NCBI RefSeq assembly: GCF_032444005.1
Contig: NC_091282.1
Coordinates: 1,016,862,001 to 1,016,926,000, forward strand
Direction: 5' to 3'
Length of the DNA: 64,000 nucleotides
DNA from: Ranitomeya imitator
Taxonomy: Eukaryota
Shown here: positions 12,343 through 21,605 of the stretch, piece after piece
Layout: each line of letters starts with the position of its first letter
How positions within the stretch are numbered: position 1 is the stretch's first letter
The notes under the pieces: generated by a model
The model's input: only the letters and a program-made list of their open reading frames with translations
Told to the model about the DNA's origin: nothing
The model's database searches: none
Translations under genes and position numbers: made by a program

Positions 12343-12487
12343 NNNNNNNNNNNNNNNNNNNNNNNNNNNNNNNNNNNNNNNNNNNNNNNNNNNNNNNNNN
12401 NNNNNNNNNNNNNNNNNNNNNNNNNNNNNNNNNNNNNNNNNNNNNNNNNNNNNNNNNNNNNNNNNNNNNNNNNNNNNNNNNNNNNNN
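12343..12487. other. Assembly gap (145 N)
   Basis: Run of N. Confidence 1.
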
Positions 12488-13355
12488 GCTAAATTTAGGG
12501 TTGGGGCTAAATTTAGGGTTAGGGTTGGGGCTAAACTTAGGGTTAGGCTTCTTTCACACTTACGTCGGTACGGGGCCGTCGCAATGCGTCGGCCCGACAT
12601 ACCGACGCACATTGTGAAAATTGTGCACAACGTGGGCAGCAGCTGTAGTTTTTCAACACATCCGCTGCCCAATCTATGTCCTGGGGAGGAGGGGGCGGAG
12701 TTACGGCCACGCATGCGCGGTCAGAAATGGCGGATGCGACGTACAAAAAACGTTTCATTTAACTTTTTTTGTGCCGACGCTCCGCCAAAACACAACTGAT
12801 CCAGTGCACGACGGACGCGACGTGTGGCCATCCGTCACGATCCGTCGGCAATACAAGTCTATGGGCAAAAAACGCATCCTGCGGGCACATTTGCAGGATC
12901 CGTTTCTTGTCCAAAACGACGGATTGCGACGGAATGCCAAACGACGCAAGTGTGAAAGTAGCCTTAGGGTTAGGGTTGGGGCTAAAGTTAGGGCTAGGGT
13001 TGGGGCTAAAGTTAGGGTTAGAGCTGGGATTAGGGTTAGGGTTTGGATTAGGGTTGGTATTAGGGTTAGGGTTGGCATTAGGGTTACGCTTGGGATTAGG
13101 GTTAGGTTTGGGATTAGGGTTAAGGTTAGGGTTGTGATTAGGGGTGTATTGGGATTAGGGTTAGGTTTGAGGTTAGGGTTGAGATTAGGATTAGGGGTGT
13201 GTTGGATTTAGGGTTTTGATTAGGGTTATGGTTAGGGTTGACATTAGGGTTGTTTTGGGGTAAGGGTTGTGATTATGGTTAAGGTTAGTGATTAGGATTA
13301 TGGATGAGGTTGGGATTAGGGTTAGGGGTGTGTTGGGGTTAGGGTTGGAGCTAGA
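12488..13355 (+). repeat. Degenerate (TTAGGG)n interstitial telomeric array with MITE insertion
   Basis: TTAGGG mixed with TTGGGG, TTGGGA, GGGCTAAAG and GGGTGTGTT variants. Confidence 0.9.
12546..12963. mobile_element. PIF/Harbinger-type MITE inserted in the TTA of a TTAGGG unit
   Basis: TIRs GGCT(T/A)CTTTCACACTT ... AAGTGTGAAAGTAGCC; TSD TTA (12543-12545 and 12964-12966). Confidence 0.85.
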
Positions 13356-13359
13356 ATTG

Positions 13360-14900
13360 GGGGGTTTCCACTGTTTAGGTACATCAGGGGGTCTCCAAAC
13401 ACGACAGCCAATTTTGCGCTCAAAAAGTCAAATGGTGCTCCCTCCCTTCTGAGCTCTGCCGTGCGCCCAAACAGTGGGTTACCCCCACATATGGGGCATC
13501 AGCGTACTCGGGATAAATTGGACAACAACTTCTGGGGTCCAATTTCTCTTGTTACCCTTGTGAAAATAAAAACTTGGGGGCTACAATATCTTTTTTGTGA
13601 AAAAAAAAAATATTTTTTATTTTCACGACTCTGCATTCTAAACTTCTGTGAAGCACTTGGGCATTCAAAGTTCTCACCACACATCTAGATAAGTTCCTTG
13701 GGGGGTCTAGTTTCCAAAATGGGGTCACTTGTGGAGGGTTTCTACTGGTTAGGTACATCAGGGGCTCTGCAAACACAACATAATACCCGCAGACCATTCT
13801 ATCAAAGTCTGCATTCCAAAACGGCGCTCCTTCCTTCCGAGCTCTACCGTGTGCCCAAACAGTGGTTTACCCCCACATATGGGGTACCAGCATACTCAGG
13901 ACAAATTGGACAACAACTTTTGGGGTCCAATTTCTCTTGTTACCCTTGTGAAAATAAAAATTTGGTGGCTAAAAAATCTTTTTTGTGGAAAAAAAAAATA
14001 TTTTTTATTTTCACGGCTCTGCATTATAAACTTCTGTGAAGCACTTGGGCATTCAAGGTTCTCACCACACATCTAGATAAGTTCCATGGGGGGTCTAGTT
14101 TCCAAAATGGGGTCACTTGTGGGGGATTTCTACTGTTTAGGCACATCAGGGGCTCTCCAAACGCGACATGGCGTCCGATCTCAATTCCAGCCAATTCTAC
14201 ATTGAAAAAGTAAAACGGCACTCTTTCTCTTCCAAGCTCTGCGGTGCGCCCAAACAGTGGTTTACCCCCACATATTGGGTATCGACGTACTCAGGAGAAA
14301 TTGCACAACAACTTTAGTGGTCTAATTTCTCCTGTTACCCTTGTGAAAATAAGAATTTGTGGGCGAAAAGATCATTTTTGTGTAAACAAAAGCGATTTTT
14401 TATTTTCACGGCTCTACGTTATAAACTTCTGTGAAGCACTTGGGGGTTCAAAGTGCTCACCACACATCTAGATAAGTTCCTTAAGGGGTCTAGTTTCCAA
14501 AATGGTGTCACTTGTGGGGAGTTTCCACTGTTTAGGCACATCAGGGGCTCTCTAAATGTGACATGGTGTCCGATCTCAATTCCAGCCAATTCTGCATTGA
14601 AAAAGTCAAACGGCGCTCCTTCACTTCTAAGTTCTGCGGTACGCCCAAACAGTGGTTTACCCCCACATATGGGGTATTGGCGTATTCAGGAGAAATTGCA
14701 TAACAAAATTTATGGTTACATTTCTGTTTTTACACTTGTGAAAATAAAAAAAATGGTTCTGAATTAAGATGTTTGCAAAAAAAGTTAAATGTTCATTTTT
14801 TCCTTCCACATTGTTTCAGTTCCTGTGAAGCACGTAAAGGGTTAATAAACTTCTTGAATGTGGTTTTGAGAACCTTGAGGGGTGTAGTTTTTAGAATGGT
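13360..14900 (+). repeat. About four diverged ~385-bp tandem units inside the piggyBac-like element
   Basis: GGGTTT(C)(C/T)ACTGTTTAGG(T/C)ACATCAGGGG recurs at ~13361, ~13736, ~14122 and ~14517; homologous units at 52630-53900. Confidence 0.8.
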
Positions 14901-16385
14901 GTCACACTTCATTATTTTCTATCATATAGACCCCTCAAAATGACTTCAAATGTGATGTGGTCCCTAAAAAAAAAATGGTGTTGTAAAAATGAGAAATTGC
15001 TGGTCAACTTTTAACCCTTATAACTCCCTAACAAAAAAAAATTTTGTTTCCAAAATTGTGCTGATGTAAAGTAGACATGTGGGAAATGTTATTTATTAAC
15101 TATTTTTCATGACATATCTCTCTGATTTAAGGGCATAAAAATACAAAGTTTGAAAATTGCAAAATTTTAAAAATTTTCGCCATATTTCCGTTTTTTTCAT
15201 AAACGCAAGTAATATCGAAGAAATGTTACCACTAACATGAAGTACAATATGTCACGAAAAAAGAATCTCAGAATCAGCGGGATCCGTTGAAGCGTTCCAG
15301 AGTTATAACCTCATAAAGTGACAGTGGTCAGAATTGCAAAAATTGGCCTGGTCATTAAGTACCAAATTGGCTCTGTCACTAAGGGGTTAAAGGCAATATT
15401 AATCTTATTGTATGTAAACGTTTGATTTTGCAGTAATAAAAATCCCTTAAAACATTCTCTCTCCCTCTCTCACTATTCTTGCATATGGCAAATATTAATT
15501 GGTCATCCTAATTCTCCTAAAACGGGAAAAGTTTATTCTGATTTCATGTCAGAGTTTGAGAAAATCCTGCATATGTGTTTTTTATGTAGTGTGTGTAAAC
15601 TTCTGGTTTTAACTGTGTGTTTCATTGTTGTAAGAGTTTATAATAAATACATTTAGAAGTTGTTTCTCTAGTGATTACAGTCAGCTTGCAGTGCAGGAGA
15701 AACAGAATGAAGAATGTTTGTAGTCTGTTATCATGGAGATGCATAGATCTGGATAGGTGCTGTAGAAAAAAACTGTAGGACATTTTGCCATTTTATTTCT
15801 TTTTCATTTTTCATTACTGATTTATTGGCAGTTAACCATGATAGGAGGAATAAATGAATGAATAAAATACTTAAGTTACAAATTCATGTTGTAAAAGGTT
15901 TTTAAAACAAATAAATTAAAAATGGCCATTAAACTTTGATACATTTAAATGCAAGGTGTCAAATGGAAGTTTTAGTTTTCTTCTTTTCCCGAGACATTAC
16001 AATATGTACTATGTGGCTGCAGAGGCTGAGATCAACATGTCCTTTCCTCACTTAATTACACTCACATCATTTACAAGTGAGCTGTATACTTAGCATTTCT
16101 AATTATCATTCATAGAAATAATCATCATCTACCTAATCATTTGCACTACTTCTAGTTGCCTAATTAAAGTTAAAAAAAAGAGTTACAGCCATCTCATGTA
16201 ATTTCAGTTAATACAACCCTCTTTCCAAGTTATAAAATAAATATTAGCTGCTATAAAGGGAATCTGTCAGCAGGTTTTTGCTATGTGATCTGAAAGCAGC
16301 ATGATGTAAAGGCAGATACACTGCTTTTACATGATAATCTTTCAGTGTAAATTCAGTTTATCTGTGTAGACTGCTGTGACTGTAA

Positions 16386-16747
16386 GGCTATGTTCACACT
16401 TTGCGGATTTTGCTGCGGATCCGCAGCGGATTTGACCGCTGCGGATCCGCAGCAGTTTCCCATGAGTTTACATTACAATGTAAACCTATGAGAAACAAAA
16501 AACGCTGTGCACATGCTGCAGAAAAATCCGCGCGGAAACGCTGCGGATTACATTCCGCAGCATGTCACTTCTTTTCTGCGGATTTGCACCTGCTCCAATA
16601 GGAAACTGCAGATGAAAATCCGCAGAAGAAACCGCAGTAAAAAGCGCGATAAATCCGCAGTAAAAACCGCGACAGGTTTTCACTGCGGATTTTGGAATTC
16701 TGCTGTGGAAAAATCCGCAGTGGAATCTGCAAAGTGTGAACCTAGCC
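16386..16747. mobile_element. PIF/Harbinger-type MITE (first of a chain of three)
   Basis: GGCTATGTTCACACTTTGC ... GCAAAGTGTGAACCTAGCC; TAA on both sides. Confidence 0.85.
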
Positions 16748-16750
16748 TAA

Positions 16751-17117
16751 GGCTAGGTTCACATTGCGTTAGGGCAATCCGTTAAGCGCATAGCGCTAGC
16801 GGATTGCGCTAACGCAATGTTTATTTTGGGGCCACGTTCGCCGTCCTCGCTAGGGCAGATCCCCGATCTGCGCTAGAGAGGGACGGACCTCGGACACACC
16901 ACGGACGCTGCAATCAGCGTCCAAGGTCCGTCACAAAAGAACGGCACATCGCTAGCGCGTGCCGAAAATGGCATGCACTAGCGATGCGCTACAGGCAGAA
17001 ATCACATTGCTGTCAATGGGTGCGCTAACGGACCCGTTGCACGGCGTTAATTGCGACATTTTCGCCATGCAACGCAGTCCGTTAGCGTTAACCCATTAAC
17101 GCAATGTGAACCTAGCC
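16751..17117. mobile_element. PIF/Harbinger-type MITE (second of the chain)
   Basis: GGCTAGGTTCACATTGCGTT ... AACGCAATGTGAACCTAGCC; flanks TAA/TTA. Confidence 0.85.
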
Positions 17118-17120
17118 TTA

Positions 17121-17455
17121 GGCTCTGTGCACATGTTGAGCAAAATTTCTGCACCATTTCTTCATCTCTCGTCAGGAAAAATGCAGCTGCAAAGACGTGC
17201 TTTCTTGGTGCGTGTTTACCTGCGTTTTTGCCTGATTTGAGGGAAGTCAATGGTGAAAACCGCAGGGCAGAAACTCACAGAGAGTTGACATGCTGCAGAT
17301 TTTTTTCTGCACCAAATATGCAAGTCAAAAATTAGCAACGTGTGCATGACCCTTCAGGTTTCTCACTCACTTTTCTGGCATCAGGATTGCTTCAGGTTTT
17401 TCCAGAAAAATCAGCATGGAAAAAATGCACCAAATCTGCAACATGTGCACAAGCT
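17121..17455. mobile_element. PIF/Harbinger-type MITE (third of the chain, diverged)
   Basis: GGCTCTGTGCACATGTTG ... CAACATGTGCACAAGCT; TTA on both sides. Confidence 0.75.
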
Positions 17456-17568
17456 TTAAATCTTCCCTGTGTCGCCCCAATGACTGGAAGTGAGCAGCTG
17501 CTGGGAGAATTAAACTTCATTTTCTCCCTATAGCCGCTGCTCTTGTAAGCTTAGCAGACATGACTTAA

Positions 17569-17896
17569 AGGGACACTGTCACCTGAATTTGGAGGGAACA
17601 ATCTTCAGCCATGGAGGCGGGGTTTTTGGGCTTTTGATTCACCCTTTCCTTACCCGCTGGCTGCATGCTGGCTGCAATATTGGATTGAAGTTCATTCTCT
17701 GTCCTCCGTAGTACATGCCTGCACAAGGGAATCTTGCCTTGCGAAGGCGTGTACTATGTAGGACAGAGAATGAACTTCAATCCAATATTGCAGCCTGCAT
17801 GCAGCCAGCGGGTAAGGAAAGGGTGAATCAAAAAACCCAAAACCCCGCCTCCATGGCTGAAGATTGTTCCCTCCAAATTCAGGTGACAGTGTCCCT
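17569..17896. mobile_element. Kolobok/T2-type MITE
   Basis: Near-perfect palindrome AGGGACACTGTCACCTGAATTTGG ... CCAAATTCAGGTGACAGTGTCCCT; TTAA TSD (17565-17568 and 17897-17900). Confidence 0.85.
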
Positions 17897-18207
17897 TTAA
17901 ACATTATTTAGCTGCAGATTACCAACAGATCTGCAGGTAATTAGCATTTTTGGAGGTGGCAGGTTTCCACACATGCAGACCCCAACATGGATATACAGGG
18001 CCCACTCACATGATGAGGCTGCCACTCTCAAATGTATCGACATGCATAGCACGCCAATATAGTTAAAACCTGTGGTAAGGAGCTATGTTCTTCCTTCCTT
18101 ACCTCCCTACTTTCTGAAGGTAGCAGGTTACTTTAGGCCTACTGCCTATAGAACAGCAGGGGCACGAAATCAGATCCCTGCATTCTCCAACTGCACCAGA
18201 ACACTTA

Positions 18208-18581
18208 GGCTATGTGCACACGTTGGCTTAGGAATTTTTGGCAGAAAACGCAGGTGCAGATTTGTCGCATTTTTTGATTGGATTTTGTGCAGATTTGCTG
18301 CGGATTTACTGCAGATTTCTTGCGGATTTCTTGCGTTTTTTACCCCTGCGGATTTCTATAATGGAATGGGTACAAAAACGCTGCAGATCTGCAAAAAAGA
18401 AGTGACATGCTACTTCTTTTAATCTGCAGCATTTATGCATGGAATTTTCCGCACCATTAGCCCAGCGTTTTTTTTCTCTTTGATTTACATTGTACTGTAA
18501 ATCACTTGCGGATCTGCAGCGTTTCTGCATAGTAAAAAATGCTGCGGATCCGCAGAAAATCTGCAACGTGTGCACATACCC
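18208..18581. mobile_element. PIF/Harbinger-type MITE
   Basis: GGCTATGTGCACACGTTG ... CAACGTGTGCACATACCC; TTA TSD. Confidence 0.8.
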
Positions 18582-20252
18582 TTATTAGGCTGGTGGACAT
18601 TCCTCAACATGAAATTGAAACTCCAAACAGGAAAAGTCTGGGAATTATAGAAAACAAAAGATCAAAAGACTTGTTAATGACTTGAAAATGCTAAAAAATG
18701 TAAAACAGTTTTGGGCTTTCCGTCATAGGAGTTAATTTTCTCCCAGCAGCGGGGCTCTCAGTGAGGGGGCTGGGCAGCTTCAGAATGTTATTAACCTGCA
18801 GATTAATCCTATAACTGCTAGTTAATAGCAATTTTTTTTACATGACGTTTAAAGACTTTGCACTCATACAAACGTTAATTTTTTTACATACGATTATGGA
18901 TTTATGAGCAGCAAGGGCAAAAAAATAAACAGGTACACGCCTTGACATGCTATTAATGAGGTTATCAATGGTTGTCTGAAGAATGCTCTGCCACGCTGAA
19001 TGCACCTGGGCACACAAATCAACAAGATCAGCTGCTGGCAGCTCCCTATGCAAGTGCTAGTCACTGATGTCTCAGATGTGCTCACTGGGAGACAAGTCTG
19101 GAGATGCTGCAGGTCATGGTAGTGTGATGCCCAAGGGTCCTGGTCATCACAGTGGCATTGCTTTCCCCACAGGGAGAGTGATGTCACGCTTGGAAGCGAT
19201 GAAGGATATCTTTCACCAAGTAATCACATACACACAAGTTCAAACTCCAGGCCAGAAGGGGGAGCTCTAAAGCTGATTTCGGGTGAACTGCCCTATTAAT
19301 ACATTCTGGTCTGGAGGGAAAGAGTCAGTTAGTGAGCAGACTGTCAGAGGACAGAGACAAGGGCAGACAGACATAGAGTGTCAGAAGGTCTGAAGGGGTC
19401 ATGTAGTCTGCGGTACTACAGCTCCTGGAGAAAAGAGACCTTAGAAGGAACGAACAACTTGTGGGAAGTGTGCAGGAGAGAAAAGGCACAGGAGAGTGAT
19501 ACCAGAGCAGTGAATCAGCTACCTCCCTGGCTGACGCAGATTCCGGTAGCTGGAAGACCGTGGCCGTGCTGAACTCTAAGTGGCATAGCTGAAACTGGCA
19601 GGACAGCTGAACTTCAAGTTACCTGTCTGCCTTTACACCCAGGAGACACAGTGATACTTATAGGGCCCAGGTCCTGATAGAGACCCTATAAAAAAGACCT
19701 ACTTCACCTGTCTTATGGGTTGTGCCCTAACCTTTATGGGGGACAGAAACTGTGAGGACCTTATCAGAAGCCATAGGCAGTAAAAGATAACAACACCACC
19801 GCGCTTTGAGGAAGGCTTTCATCTCCACCTGGTGAAGGGGACTCTGGATTTTCTTCCAAGCCGGTCGGACCCTGCCTGTCCTGTGATCTAGTGCCCTTGA
19901 CTGCGGTTGCCTGAAGCTTCAGTAAACCAGGTAAAGAGACTGCAAACCTGTGTCCTCATTCCTTACTGCACCATTCACCACCTTCTATCTACACATCGGG
20001 AGCCCTGGGGACCCACTTCACCTGTGGGAAGTTATACCATCTAGCTGCCATAACATCACCCCAGATGACCCCTTTAAGCAGCGTAGGTCCCTACTGACCG
20101 AATACCACAGGTGGTGTCACGAACATAAACTTTAATCAAAATCCCTTTTTCATGGGCACCCAGGGTCACGGACTGGGTCGCCACCGTGACACATCCCTTT
20201 AAGTACTGGACCCGGTACCGAGTGCCCCACAGCTCTGGTGGGCGTTCCATTT

Positions 20253-20270
20253 TGGCGTCACGAACAGGAT
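20253..20270 (+). promoter_or_regulatory. Primer-binding site complementary to tRNA-Ser(CGA) 3' end
   Basis: TGGCGTCACGAACAGGAT is the reverse complement of ATCCTGTTCGTGACG+CCA, the 3' end of a vertebrate tRNA-Ser(CGA) isodecoder as I recall it; lies 3 nt after the LTR. Confidence 0.8.
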
Positions 20271-20312
20271 GGACCGATCCATTGGAATGGGTCCTGTACA
20301 CCATGGATTATA

Positions 20313-21605
20313 ATGGACTGTGTAAAATTATTAATGGCCACCATTGCTGCATCACGGGCGGATAAAGGAGGAAGATGTGTTGCCATGGGTGGAGTTAAAG
20401 AACCGGAGCAAAAGCTGGATCCACCCACTACAGAGACTTTAATGTCAGAAAAACATGTCCGTCACCAGGACGGATCCGCCCCCGGAGATCGCCGGCGGCA
20501 AAAGTGGAGCAGAGACCATCCACAAAATGGAGGAAATGAGGAGGAAGATGCGGGAAAGTGTGGCCGCAGCATGGCTGAATGCAACCCAGTAACTACATTG
20601 GCAGACAGCAGTGGAGAGCCGCCAGGACCTGCCAACACCAGAGAGGGTGTCCCCGGTCAGCAGCAACAAGAAACCACAGACCTGATGACCACCTTGGATC
20701 CGGAGCTCCTCGGTGCAGAGATAGAGGAGTTGGCCCTACAACTCCTGCAGACCCAGATGACAGTGGTGACCGCATGGAAGAAGTACCTGATCTGGAGGAT
20801 GAAGACCGCACAGATCCAGACCACATCACCAGCGCTCTCAGCCCCAGCGGAGCCAGAAGGAGAGACGCTGCTGAAGGAGTTGGCACCGATGGAAGATCCG
20901 GGGCCTGCACCTGTAACCCCAATGGAGCCAGAAAGTAAGGCACCGCAGGAAAGCGAGATGCTGCTAACAGAGATGACAACGCCACAGCACAAGGCCCTGC
21001 AGCCCGCGGACCAGGCGCCGCAACAAGTGATCCTGACCCCAGAGGAGGAGGGAAAAGACACCAGCACCGGTGAGACAAGTACGCAAACTGCCCCGGTAGC
21101 TGAAGACACCTTAGTGGGGCCCTTAGAACCACCGACGACTTTATCACCTGGCCAGACAATATCAGGCACAGTAACATGGGACCGCATGATAGACATAAGA
21201 CATGATTTAACTGACCCAATGACACCAGAATCATCGCCCCTGAAGGCGTACAGACCAAAAGAAGCCATATGCTCGAAGCACCCAAAAACTGACGTTATGG
21301 GATTCCCAGTAGAGGCCCATACAGCAGCTAACCGTGTGGATATACTAGCAAAAACCAGGTACCGCAAAGCTAAACCTGCAGACAGAGGACTATTAAGATC
21401 AGGATATTATGCCCTACATGTAAAAAGGTGCTCAGGACAGCAAATCCATATCCGTGTAGCCACTGAAAGTGGAACGCATCCCCAGTCTGCACAAACTGCT
21501 ATTGATGGACTGTTTCCTATTGAGTCACCAGTTGTGACATCTGCCAAAGGACTTGCCCAGTCAGGAAGCTGTGCACCCCAGGACCTGCTCTGGAAGAATA
21601 ATTAA
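20313..21605 (+). CDS. Uncharacterised ~430-aa ORF of the non-autonomous LTR element (frame open from 20238)
   Basis: Single long ORF in the gag position; Pro/Glu/Thr-rich; no CCHC, protease, RT or integrase motifs recognised. Confidence 0.5.
   Translation: MDCVKLLMATIAASRADKGGRCVAMGGVKEPEQKLDPPTTETLMSEKHVRHQDGSAPGDRRRQKWSRDHPQNGGNEEEDAGKCGRSMAECNPVTTLADSSGEPPGPANTREGVPGQQQQETTDLMTTLDPELLGAEIEELALQLLQTQMTVVTAWKKYLIWRMKTAQIQTTSPALSAPAEPEGETLLKELAPMEDPGPAPVTPMEPESKAPQESEMLLTEMTTPQHKALQPADQAPQQVILTPEEEGKDTSTGETSTQTAPVAEDTLVGPLEPPTTLSPGQTISGTVTWDRMIDIRHDLTDPMTPESSPLKAYRPKEAICSKHPKTDVMGFPVEAHTAANRVDILAKTRYRKAKPADRGLLRSGYYALHVKRCSGQQIHIRVATESGTHPQSAQTAIDGLFPIESPVVTSAKGLAQSGSCAPQDLLWKNN

Larger units (their letters stand above)
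11569..15386 (+). mobile_element. Complete non-autonomous piggyBac-like element with internal telomeric array and ~385-bp tandem units
   Basis: TTAA TSD at 11565-11568 and 15387-15390; TIRs CCCCTTAG(C/T)GAC; no ORF. Confidence 0.85.
4141..15615 (-). mobile_element. Sleeping Beauty/Tdr1-like Tc1 transposon fragmented by four nested insertions
   Basis: Pieces 4141-4350, 9181-9784, 10874-10932, 11486-11568 and 15391-15615 join into one element. Transposase remnants MGKSQEISQD...SGRRRVLCPRDER, SARKKPLLQKKH and PSQSPDLTPIE. TIR ends ...GTAAACTTCTGGTTTTAACTG at 15615. Confidence 0.8.

Noticed and set aside
12229-13211. ORFs with LGLG/VRVG repeats and X runs
   Set aside because: Translation of telomeric repeats and the N gap.
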